From: Candidatus Heimdallarchaeota archaeon B3_Heim
Lineage (GTDB): Archaea; Asgardarchaeota; Heimdallarchaeia; Hodarchaeales; Hodarchaeaceae
Reading direction: 5' to 3'
DNA: 32,000 nucleotides
NCBI GenBank assembly: GCA_003144275.1
Contig: NJBF01000017.1
Span: forward strand, 1 to 32,000
The position numbers were made by a program, and so were the translations under genes. This document shows, piece after piece, positions 8,771-17,365 of this stretch. Each line of letters starts with the position of its first letter. Position 1 is the first letter of the stretch. The notes below the pieces were generated by a model. It saw only the letters and a list, made by a program, of their open reading frames with translations, did no database searches and was not told where the DNA came from.

Positions 8771-10165
8771 ATGAGTCAAACAACTACTGTGCAAATACAA
8801 GTGGGATCACAACCACTGAAAGAACGATTAGAAAATAATGAGACCTTTCTATCACTTCCTATCCCTCTAACTTGTCCGTTGTGTCAAGAAAAAGATATCG
8901 AGATAGGTACTTGGGGCAGTTATCCGACAACTACAGGAGAAGTAAGACGTTTTCGCTGTAAAAACTGTTTTGGGACTTTTAATCCAGCTAAAATTCCTTT
9001 TTGGAAGGAGAATGTTCAAGAAATCATCTGGAAATTAACTCAACTCGTCATTAAAGATAGATTCTCGGTGAATGCTCTGGCTGAAATGTGGGGGGTGCCA
9101 GAAACAACCCTACGAACCTTGGTGACCGCTATAAAGGAGTTCCTTGCTACCAACATGGAACGAGCCAAACAGTTACAGGAACGACTGGGTGTCCCTAGCA
9201 CCACGGAAACCTCCTCATTACGTATCATTTTTTATGATGAAGGATTCCTCAAATTACTGGGAGCAAATGGCTTTATAATCTTTACGCTCGCTGCGGATGG
9301 GACTCCTATCAACGTAGCCATCGAACCTAAGCGGGATGCACAAACAATTCATGGCTATTTCGTACAAGCTATGACCCAACTAGGGGGAATAGATGTTATT
9401 GTGGGTGATGGAGCGGTAGCTATCTTAGCAGCTGCAAAAGCCCTCCGTCAACCACTGATTCTAGTCCAACACATCCATCAAGGGAAGGGAAAACGTGCAA
9501 GGATCACTACTCTGGAACCTATTCCCAACCGAAAAGCTCTTTGGGATATTACGATTGAGCTTCATACAGGAACCCTTCTTTCCAATGTGGAATCCAAAAT
9601 TATAACCAGGAAGAAAAAAGTATATCCAGCTAAATGGTCGACGCCAGTAACCAAGACTAAACTTAGGATTAAAGGTAATAAAGTAAAAAAATCTTTTTCC
9701 AAGAGGACTAGTATCCTAACCCCTACCGAAGGGGCTGGTCCAACAAATAAAGTACGTAAAAGAAGAACCAGTTTTCTAAAGGGTCATGCAATAGCTTTAA
9801 GAACTGTTAGTAATCCTTATGAGCTAGAAATCAATTATATTCCTGGAGAATCTAATCTTAACTCCTCTGAATGTCCTTCTCTAATAGATGTGTATCTAAT
9901 ATTGGCAAGAGTCCAGCAGGCGTTACCAGATCAGTTTATTAATTCAAATCGTGCTGAAGTTTTTAATGCCCTCCACGATCGTTATAATGTCTATTGGGGG
10001 CGTAAATCCCTTGTTCATGCAAACCGAGATCTTCAAGCTTGGACTGCTGTTACATTCTTCCCTGAAGGATCTCGTGCTCTCCTTAACCAACATCAATGGC
10101 GCATTCCTTATCGTTTACTATTTCAGCTGTGGCCATTGATGATTTCTAGGGTCAAGATCTCCTAG
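8771..10165 (+). CDS. DDE transposase with N-terminal Zn ribbon and HTH
   Basis: CPLC...FRCKNC ribbon; ALAEMWGVPETTLR HTH; candidate catalytic triad IIFYDEG, IVGDGA, NSNRAEVFN; enclosed by the terminal IRs. Confidence 0.85.
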   Translation: MSQTTTVQIQVGSQPLKERLENNETFLSLPIPLTCPLCQEKDIEIGTWGSYPTTTGEVRRFRCKNCFGTFNPAKIPFWKENVQEIIWKLTQLVIKDRFSVNALAEMWGVPETTLRTLVTAIKEFLATNMERAKQLQERLGVPSTTETSSLRIIFYDEGFLKLLGANGFIIFTLAADGTPINVAIEPKRDAQTIHGYFVQAMTQLGGIDVIVGDGAVAILAAAKALRQPLILVQHIHQGKGKRARITTLEPIPNRKALWDITIELHTGTLLSNVESKIITRKKKVYPAKWSTPVTKTKLRIKGNKVKKSFSKRTSILTPTEGAGPTNKVRKRRTSFLKGHAIALRTVSNPYELEINYIPGESNLNSSECPSLIDVYLILARVQQALPDQFINSNRAEVFNALHDRYNVYWGRKSLVHANRDLQAWTAVTFFPEGSRALLNQHQWRIPYRLLFQLWPLMISRVKIS

Positions 10166-10194
10166 TTTTCTCTTTAAAGGTCAACGGTGGTGTT

Positions 10195-10215
10195 CAACAA
10201 TTTAGACGAAATCTC
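10195..10215 (-). repeat. IS right terminal inverted repeat
   Basis: CAACAATTTAGACGAAATCTC; an identical copy lies at 15695-15715. Confidence 0.85.
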
Positions 10216-10402
10216 CATCTTTACAATTTTAGCTTATTTCTTCTATCAAACCTAGATTTTTAACCTCATATTTAATCGAGATTGGTGAAAAATATGACTG
10301 AAGAACACTTCTCTTTTGATTGTCTCATCCATGCTAAGTATTTATCAGACCATAGGTTGATGAGTTTCATGAAAAATTTCGTTTATAGAAAAATTGGCTT
10401 AA

Positions 10403-10846
10403 TTATCGTGGCGTTGAAGCATAGAGCTCTTCAAACCAATTATTTAAAGAAGAAAACCATTTTTCTAAAATAAAGAAAAAACGATCAAAAGTTGATTTCA
10501 CTAATGAATAATGGATAAATTTTCCTTTTTTCCATCCCTGGATCAATTTCATATTCTCAAGAAGCCTGAGATCTCTTGATACTGCAGGTTGGGATTTTTG
10601 TAGAAGTGCTTCAAATTCACATGAACATCGATCTTGTGTTCTAAGTGAGTTTAGTATTAAGAATCTATCACGATTTCCCAAAACATTAAAAATTTGTTGT
10701 AAGAACAGAAGAGATTTTTCTTCTTTAATAGTTTGAGATAGAAGCATTAAATCTTGGTAATAATCTTCGGGATGACCTATTCCCTCACAATGTTGAAGTA
10801 TACTAATGATCCTTTCCTTAAATTCATTGTTATTCATCACAGGCAT
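10403..10846 (-). CDS. arsR: ArsR/SmtB family repressor (start re-called to ATG 10846; ORF track gives TTG 10936)
   Basis: LGNRDRFLILNSL, DRCSCEFEALLQKSQPAVSRDLRLL, KKGKFIHYSL; divergent from acr3. Confidence 0.85.
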   Translation of the reverse strand: MPVMNNNEFKERIISILQHCEGIGHPEDYYQDLMLLSQTIKEEKSLLFLQQIFNVLGNRDRFLILNSLRTQDRCSCEFEALLQKSQPAVSRDLRLLENMKLIQGWKKGKFIHYSLVKSTFDRFFFILEKWFSSLNNWFEELYASTPR

Positions 10847-10868
10847 GAAATACCCATCCATATAATAT

Positions 10869-10889
10869 TTTGTTAATATATATAACAAA
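10869..10889. promoter_or_regulatory. Candidate operator between arsR and acr3
   Basis: Inverted repeat TTTGTTA-N7-TAACAAA in the divergent intergenic region. Confidence 0.45.
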
Positions 10890-10957
10890 TATAGAATAAT
10901 ATTTAAACTCTCTGTTTCGTAATAATTGGTAAACAAAGATTGTATTTAAAGGCGAAA

Positions 10958-12007
10958 ATGAAAATGTCTGGAGAAACAAAGGCGTTAGGATGGATTGATA
11001 GACTCTTAGCGGTATGGATCGTACTTTGTATTATAATAGGATTAGCTTTCGGGACTTATTTCCCCGACTTGAGCGAACAACTTGAGATAGGAATACCAAT
11101 TGGTCTCTTTTTAATGATTTATCCTGCTATGACAAAGATAGAACTTGGAGAGATGAAGGAAGCTCTTAAAAGCCCCAAGCAAGTATCAATTATTGTATTT
11201 TTTAATTATGCGGTGAATCCATTCCTCCTTTACATTTTAGGGTATATTTTCTTTGACCAATTATTTCCTGCACTTGGTTTAGTAACTATTGAAATGGGGA
11301 AGAATTTATGGACAGGCCTTATTCTATTGGGAGTTGCTCCTTGTATTGCCATGGTCCTTGTGTGGACAGATTTAGCGGATGGAAATGGGCCACTCGGAAT
11401 AGTTCTGATGGCATGGAACTCTATAATACAAGTGCTGACTACTCCATTTTATATCGCTTTACTCGTTGGAACATATATTGCAATTGATATGATGATGATT
11501 GGACAAAGCGTTTTGTTATACCTGGGACTTCCCCTGCTGTTAGGAGTGATTACTCGCAGAGAAGTGATAAAACGAAAGTCAGAAGAGTGGCTCAACAATA
11601 AATTATTACCCTATTTCAATGCAATTCAATTGTTAGCGTTATTATTCACTATGATAGTGATGTTTGCCTTACAAGGTGACGTGATAGTTCAACATCCAGA
11701 ACTTATTTGGCAGATGGCAATTCCTATATCTCTGTTTTTCTTCCTCCTTTTCAACCTTGTATATTTCACAACCGAAAGAGTGGGATATAATTCACAGGAT
11801 TGTTCTACAATGGCTTTTCATTGCACTGGAAGAAACTTTGAGCTTGCGATTGCCATAGCTCTAACTGCATTCGCTTCAATACCCATGGTAGCTGTATCAA
11901 CAGTTGTTGGTCCCCTAATAGAGATACCAGTCATGTTGGTATTAGTGAAAATAGCTCTCAGGAGAAAAAAGCACCATGAAATGCGAAAACAAGCCCTATC
12001 CCAATAA
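10958..12007 (+). CDS. acr3: Acr3 arsenite efflux permease (start ATG 10958 or 10964)
   Basis: IPIGLFLMIYPAMTKI, GLILLGVAPCIAMVLVW with the conserved Cys, GRNFELAIAIA, VVGPLIEIPVM. Confidence 0.95.
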   Translation: MKMSGETKALGWIDRLLAVWIVLCIIIGLAFGTYFPDLSEQLEIGIPIGLFLMIYPAMTKIELGEMKEALKSPKQVSIIVFFNYAVNPFLLYILGYIFFDQLFPALGLVTIEMGKNLWTGLILLGVAPCIAMVLVWTDLADGNGPLGIVLMAWNSIIQVLTTPFYIALLVGTYIAIDMMMIGQSVLLYLGLPLLLGVITRREVIKRKSEEWLNNKLLPYFNAIQLLALLFTMIVMFALQGDVIVQHPELIWQMAIPISLFFFLLFNLVYFTTERVGYNSQDCSTMAFHCTGRNFELAIAIALTAFASIPMVAVSTVVGPLIEIPVMLVLVKIALRRKKHHEMRKQALSQ

Positions 12008-12101
12008 ATAATGATCATACAATCTGTTTATCGAACTGTTAAACATTCAGATAGATATTTGAGTAAAATCGGAACATTAAATTATCATTGAGGATTAGTC
12101 C

Positions 12102-12527
12102 TTGAAGAGCGCTAAGAATCAAAAAGAAAAAGTCCTCTTTATCTGTACACATAATTCTGTGAGATCCCAAATGGCTGAAGGTATTCTTAACTCCTTATTT
12201 GGTGAGAAATATGAAGCATATAGTGCTGGAACTCAGACAACAAAAATAAACCCCTATACAATTAAAATTTTATTAGAAATTGATATAGATATCTCAATGT
12301 ATCGATCGAAAGATATATCTGAATTTAAAGATGAAAACTTCAAGTAGGTGGTAACTGTTTGTGATCATGCGAGAGAAACCTGTCCTTTTTTTCCAAATGG
12401 GGAAATATTCTTGCATAGTAGTTTTACAGATCCATCTCAAACAGAAGGAACCGAGGAGGAAATGCTTTCTGAATTTAGAAGGGTACGAGATTCAATTAGA
12501 GAGTGGATCCAGTTAAATTTTGGATAA
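12102..12527 (+). pseudogene. arsC: Thioredoxin-coupled arsenate reductase (LMW-PTP fold) interrupted by an in-frame TAG
   Basis: LFICTHNSVRSQMAEG (CX5R). TAG at 12345-12347, then the same frame continues VVTVCDHARETCPFFPNG...FTDPS...FRRVRDSIREWIQLNFG* (TAA 12525-12527). Confidence 0.85.
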
Positions 12528-12664
12528 ACAAACCTACCGTTGCTTATGACAGCTACTTATACCCACATCAAATAATTATATCTTCAATAAACATTGAGAT
12601 GAAGAAACAGACAGAATGCGCATTAGAATAGTACAATTGTTTATATTAGGTCTTAATCTATACA

Positions 12665-12928
12665 TCAATACTCTTTTCTCAGCAATTCTTGGATTTTTTG
12701 ATCAAGTAAAAAAATGGGGGTGATTTCTCCGTTAATCACAACAGTTCGACCACCTACTCCAAGTTCGTGAGCTCGTGAAGAATCAGAGGTTAGGCTTTCA
12801 ATTTCGAGTTGGTCTTTATACTTCATAAGGATGTCCCAAACATTTCCAATCCACGCGGAAAAGGAACATCCACACACTCCTGCGGGAGAAAACACCTCAA
12901 TTTTCGGTTTGGTCATTGTTGGTCTCAT
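12665..12928 (-). CDS. Small thioredoxin-fold protein with a CxC motif (weakly ArsD-like)
   Basis: IEVFSPAGVCGCSFSAW...TVVING; 6 bp downstream of the thioredoxin-like gene. Confidence 0.65.
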   Translation of the reverse strand: MRPTMTKPKIEVFSPAGVCGCSFSAWIGNVWDILMKYKDQLEIESLTSDSSRAHELGVGGRTVVINGEITPIFLLDQKIQELLRKEY

Positions 12929-12934
12929 TCTGTT

Positions 12935-13183
12935 CTATCCATATTCTTGAAGCAATTGTACAAGCTTGTTTACAGGAAGATAACGACCAGAAAGGATAAT
13001 TTTTCCATCCACAGCTAATGCAGGGGTGGAAGTGATTCCCCTTTGAATAATATCGGCCATATCGGTGTTATAAAGAATTTTTACTTCTGTCCAACCCAAT
13101 TTTTCGATTGCTTCTTCTACACTCTTTTTTAATGCTTTACATTTAGCACATCCAGGTCCGAAGATTTCTATTTCATTCACCAC
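12935..13183 (-). CDS. Small redox-active disulfide protein (MTH895/Thioredoxin_3 family)
   Basis: IEIFGPGCAKCKAL...GITSTPALAVDGKI...G; a family commonly found next to ArsP permeases. Confidence 0.9.
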   Translation of the reverse strand: MVNEIEIFGPGCAKCKALKKSVEEAIEKLGWTEVKILYNTDMADIIQRGITSTPALAVDGKIILSGRYLPVNKLVQLLQEYG

Positions 13184-13233
13184 GTTTTAAACCTCATTTT
13201 TCTCTTTTACTTCTAAAGTCTCTTTATTAATTA

Positions 13234-14637
13234 TTACCATAAACCAATTCCTTGGCCCAAGACGAATCCAAAGATTAATCCTGAAATGGTTGTGAAAATC
13301 GTCACAAGGATGATATATACTGAGTTTCGTTTATCTCCCAGATATTTACGAGTTACGAGAATGCTCTGTATGGACAGTTCAGGATCAGCTAATAAGTATG
13401 CTAATAATGGTCCACGAGCCATGCCCAGATCTAAGAAAATTCGGGCAATAGGAACCTCCATTAGTGTTGGGAAGTACATGAATACACCAAATAACACTCC
13501 AATAAGATTTGCTAAAACTGTATTGCTACCTACTAGATCTACAATGATTTCAGGGGGAAGAAAATACTTTACGAACCCTGCAATGATTACTCCTGAAATA
13601 ATTAAAGGAAAAATCGATTTTACGAAGATCCACGTTTCCAATAACCAAGCATTCACATCATCCCTCTCAAACATCCTCCATACAAAAAGAAGTAATCCTA
13701 GAACCACTATTCCTGTTAATATGACCTTTATTAACATATTACTTATGGCAGGAGTTACGATTATGCCAAATAAGGTAATATTCTCTGTAAAATAAGTGAT
13801 TTGAGAGGTTCCTGTCATTAACACATAGATTAACCATAAAAAAAGGGTTAACTCTTTACTGGAACTCATGTAAGTTATGAAACCGAGTATTATTAGACCT
13901 AGTACATATATGAGAGTTTGAATGAGGGCTGGGGTCTGGAAAAGTAATTCTATTAGTAGTATTCCTGAAAAGAGAGTACTACCGATAATACTAATCATGT
14001 TGGAATCCAAAGTAGCCAAAAGCAACGAGCATATTCCCAGCACAAAAATTAGAATTATGTTGAGTTTAATCAAACCTGTTGGTGGTTGGTTAGACGGAAC
14101 TGCATCTTGTGCTTTTGAGGAAGCACTCAAATTAACAGGGTTAAAATGGTGAGAATTAGTGGGATCTATGTCCTTTCCAAATACTTTAGCCATAATTAAT
14201 CCTATTAAAATAGCAAAAACAATGGCTAGTACACCCCTTGCGATGGCGATATCCATTCCAATTAATGTACCTGTGTAAGTCAAAGCCAGAATGTTAATTG
14301 CAGGAGCAACAAATAAGAATGTTATTGCAGGTCCTAATCCTGCTCCGCGCTTCCAGATTCCTACAAAGAGAGGTAAGACAGTACAACTACAGACTGCCAA
14401 TAGGAATCCACCAGCAGTAGCCATTGGGTATGCAATTTTTGGGTCCGCATCTGTTCCCATATAGCGTGTAATTAAGTCTTTAGGAATAAAATAAGTCATA
14501 GCTCCTGCAATAAAGAAAGCAGGAACAAGACAAAGTAACACATGAAGAGAAAGATAATCCAGTAAAGTTGCTATAGCACTCTCTAGTGCTCCTTGAATCA
14601 TTCCACCAATATCAACCATGTATTCATCCTTCTTCAA
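13234..14637 (-). CDS. arsP: ArsP/DUF318 permease (organoarsenical efflux family)
   Basis: LLCLVPAFFIAGA, LAVCSCTVLPLF, FLFVAPAINILA, MYFPTLMEVPIA, GPLLAYLLADPELS. Confidence 0.88.
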   Translation of the reverse strand: MKKDEYMVDIGGMIQGALESAIATLLDYLSLHVLLCLVPAFFIAGAMTYFIPKDLITRYMGTDADPKIAYPMATAGGFLLAVCSCTVLPLFVGIWKRGAGLGPAITFLFVAPAINILALTYTGTLIGMDIAIARGVLAIVFAILIGLIMAKVFGKDIDPTNSHHFNPVNLSASSKAQDAVPSNQPPTGLIKLNIILIFVLGICSLLLATLDSNMISIIGSTLFSGILLIELLFQTPALIQTLIYVLGLIILGFITYMSSSKELTLFLWLIYVLMTGTSQITYFTENITLFGIIVTPAISNMLIKVILTGIVVLGLLLFVWRMFERDDVNAWLLETWIFVKSIFPLIISGVIIAGFVKYFLPPEIIVDLVGSNTVLANLIGVLFGVFMYFPTLMEVPIARIFLDLGMARGPLLAYLLADPELSIQSILVTRKYLGDKRNSVYIILVTIFTTISGLIFGFVLGQGIGLW

Positions 14638-14651
14638 ATTTTTCTCTAAAT

Positions 14652-14694
14652 TATATCGATAATCTTCGATATATAAACATATCGAAATATCGAA
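14652..14694. promoter_or_regulatory. Candidate ArsR operator array between arsP and arsR
   Basis: Perfect inverted repeat TATATCGA-N6-TCGATATA (14652-14673) followed by two tandem ATATCGAA half-sites (14679-14694). Confidence 0.65.
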
Positions 14695-14787
14695 ATATTT
14701 ATAATCTAAAAGGTACTCTTATTCTATTAAATATAGGAAATCGAACTGCCCTTTAGATTTCTGATATTTCTCATAATTAAGGTTTAG

Positions 14788-15180
14788 TTGAAAATGGGAG
14801 TCTCTGAACTAGAAGGAAAATTGAAGGATCTAATAGATCTAGATTTAGTAAAATGGAAATCAGTTTCAAATAGATTAGATGAATTAAAACTCCTAAAAAA
14901 CATGTTAAACTCTTTAGATGATCAAAAAAGATTCAAGGAATTCAGAAAGCTGATAAAAGCTTTGAACCATCCTGCTAGAATACAGATTCTGATAGCCATA
15001 AACGAGGGAGTGATTTGTGCATGTGAGCTCGAGTATCTAACGGATCTTGCTCAAGCAACGGTATCTCATCATCTTTCTCTTCTAGAGGATGCTGATATAA
15101 TCACCCGAAGTAGAGAAGGCAAAAGAAACTTTTTGTCGATTAAGAATCAGCAAGTTATTGACTACTTTATGAGTTTTTGA
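14788..15180 (+). CDS. arsR: ArsR/SmtB family repressor (second copy, divergent from arsP)
   Basis: KALNHPARIQIL, VICACELE, LAQATVSHHLSLL, REGKRNFLS. Confidence 0.9.
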   Translation: MKMGVSELEGKLKDLIDLDLVKWKSVSNRLDELKLLKNMLNSLDDQKRFKEFRKLIKALNHPARIQILIAINEGVICACELEYLTDLAQATVSHHLSLLEDADIITRSREGKRNFLSIKNQQVIDYFMSF

Positions 15181-15221
15181 AGTATTCTTATAATTAGAAA
15201 TCAATAAAGTTAAATTTAAAA

Positions 15222-15382
15222 TTAAAAAAGAAGAAAAAGAAGATACGAAGTTCCTTGAAGATCAAAGATTCTGTTTTTTGAAAACCACATCAAGTAATCA
15301 GTATTTACTGTTTGCTTCCCAAGTAGCCGTAAACAAATCATAATCTGCCCACGATGATAGGAGGCGTGATCAACGGCATCGA
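15222..15382 (-). pseudogene. C-terminal remnant of a DinB/YfiT family protein truncated at the IS fragment
   Basis: Manual translation DAVDHASYHRGQIMICLRLLGKQTVNTDYLMW...* (TAA 15222-15224) carries the DinB H..YHRGQ motif. The 5' part is replaced by IS sequence at 15383. Confidence 0.7.
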
Positions 15383-15716
15383 AATAGATGTGTATCCAAT
15401 ATTGGCAAGAGTCCAGCAGGCGTTACCAGATCAGTTTATTAATTCAAATCGTGCTGAAGTTTTTAATGCCCTCCACGATCGTTATAATGTCTATTGGGGG
15501 CGTAAATCCCTTGTTCATGCAAACCGAGATCTTCAAGCTTGGACTGCTGTTACATTCTTCCCTGAAGGATCTCGTGCTCTCCTTAACCAACATCAATGGC
15601 GCATTCCTTATCGTTTACTATTTCAGCTGTGGCCATTGATGATTTCTAGGGTCAAGATCTCCTAGTTTTCTCTTTAAAGGTCAACGGTGGTGTTCAACAA
15701 TTTAGACGAAATCTCC
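15383..15716 (+). mobile_element. 5'-truncated second IS copy (transposase 3' end plus right IR), in direct orientation
   Basis: 334-bp direct repeat of 9883-10216 at an offset of exactly 5500, with one mismatch seen (T9897 versus C15397). Confidence 0.92.
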
Positions 15717-16131
15717 CAAATAAAAGTTCCGAAAAGAAGGTGATAAAGGAGGAATTCGACTTCAGTTCCACTAAAAATTGTTAAGCCTTGAGCTCTTTTT
15801 GAGTAATAGTAGATCTGCTAAGAATAAATCAGATAATAACCTAAAATCGTGTTAAATCTCAATAAAAAATAATCTTACTTGACAGTAGCAGTGAAAAAAT
15901 AAATCAACCACCCAAAAAAGGGCCTTTCGGAATATAATTACAACATAAAACTGAAATAACTATATTGTGAGTGAGAACGCAAGAAATATAATAATAGCAA
16001 CTTAATACTATGACAACTCGATTAATATGCTCTACCAGAAATAATCACTTTTTATTTCGGTTAGATTGTATCGTCCCGCATTTTAATTGACTAGACCTTA
16101 TAGAATGTATATATCTATTGGTGACTAGATT

Positions 16132-17322
16132 ATGAGAGAAGTAGTAATAGTAGATTATTTACGAACACCTTTTTCAAGATCACGGCCAAATGCACCCGAG
16201 AAAGATCATTTGAACGACTTTCGTATGGATGTATTAGCGGGAAGACTCATCAAGACGATGATAGAACGGAAGGGAATTAATCCCAGGGAGATCGGGGATG
16301 TGTTAGTAGGAGCAGCCTTCCAAGTAATGGAACAATGGCTTTACGGAGGACGTGGAATTGTTGCGCTTGCCGAATTACCAGAAACAGTTCCTGGACAAGC
16401 TATAGACAGACAATGCGGATCTTCTATGAATACGATCCATACAGGTGCAATGCAAATCATGACAGGCTATAGTGATATTGTGGTATCTGCAGGTTTAGAA
16501 CATATGACTCACATACCCATGGCAGGAAATCCTTATATTGATCCTCCTACCGCCCAGTTGATGGAAGAGAGATATTTAAAGTATGATTTTGAAACTGGTT
16601 TCGTTATGGGCTTAACAGCAGAAAAACTCTTGAAAAGAGCAGCTAAAAAATTCGGAATGACTAGAGAGGACATCGATCGTTACAGCTTGGAATCTCATGA
16701 ATTAGCAGCGAAAGCACAAGATGAGGGGTTCTTCAAGGATGAGTTAATGCCGATCGAACTAGCCAATGGCGAAATTTTTGATATGGATGCATCAGTCCGT
16801 CGTGGCTCAACTATGGAGAAGATGGCAAGTTTAATGCCTTCGTTCGATTTCGATGGTAAAATAACTCCTGGTAATTCCTCTCCGTTAAATGCAGGAGCAA
16901 CAGCCATGGTATTAATGTCTAAAGAAAAAGCCAAGGAGTATGGATTAGAACCCATGGCTACGATTAAATCTATGGGTTGGGCAGCAGTTAGTCCTGGAAT
17001 TATGGGCCTTGGGCCTGTTCCTGCAAGTAAAAAAGCTTTGAAAATGGCTAGTTTAGAAGCAAAAGATATCGATTTTTGGGAAATTAATGAGGCTTTTGCG
17101 GTTGTTGCCTTGAATGCAATTAAAGAACTTGGAATTGACAGAAATAAAGTCAATGTAAAAGGTGGCGCGGTTGCTATTGGACATCCGCTAGGAGCTACTG
17201 GCACGCGTCTTGTTGGAACACTAGCTCGAATTCTTAACTGGGAAGATGGTCAAATTGGCTTAGCAAACGCGTGCATTGGTGGAGGACAAGGAATAGCCAC
17301 CATTATCGAAAAAGGAGGATAA
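16132..17322 (+). CDS. fadA: Acetyl-CoA C-acyltransferase (thiolase)
   Basis: IDRQCGSS, EINEAFA, GHPLGATG, ACIGGGQG. Confidence 0.95.
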   Translation: MREVVIVDYLRTPFSRSRPNAPEKDHLNDFRMDVLAGRLIKTMIERKGINPREIGDVLVGAAFQVMEQWLYGGRGIVALAELPETVPGQAIDRQCGSSMNTIHTGAMQIMTGYSDIVVSAGLEHMTHIPMAGNPYIDPPTAQLMEERYLKYDFETGFVMGLTAEKLLKRAAKKFGMTREDIDRYSLESHELAAKAQDEGFFKDELMPIELANGEIFDMDASVRRGSTMEKMASLMPSFDFDGKITPGNSSPLNAGATAMVLMSKEKAKEYGLEPMATIKSMGWAAVSPGIMGLGPVPASKKALKMASLEAKDIDFWEINEAFAVVALNAIKELGIDRNKVNVKGGAVAIGHPLGATGTRLVGTLARILNWEDGQIGLANACIGGGQGIATIIEKGG

Positions 17323-17365
17323 TCTCCCATAAAATATAATATTATGTTAAGAAAGGTGCATACAG

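Larger units (their letters stand above)
8610..10216 (+). mobile_element. Insertion sequence, about 1.6 kb, single DDE transposase, family unassigned
   Basis: Bounded by 21-bp inverted repeats with 19/21 identity. The right end is confirmed by a second copy whose identity stops at 10216/15716. No target-site duplication found. Confidence 0.85.

Noticed and set aside
13286-13795. Long antisense or overlapping ORFs (also 16695-17204, 18208-18618, 18649-18951, 20223-20642, 3071-3409 and others)
   Set aside because: They overlap well-supported genes on the opposite strand or another frame and show no recognisable motifs.
15354-15665. 103-aa ORF as an independent gene
   Set aside because: Chimera of DinB antisense sequence and the truncated transposase; it lacks the first two catalytic Asp residues and the DNA-binding domains.
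15717-16130. Possible membrane-gene remnant right of the second IS end (RAQGLTIFSGTEVEFLLYHLLFGTFI, minus strand)
   Set aside because: Too short, no start codon, and it does not continue in frame into the left flank of the first IS.
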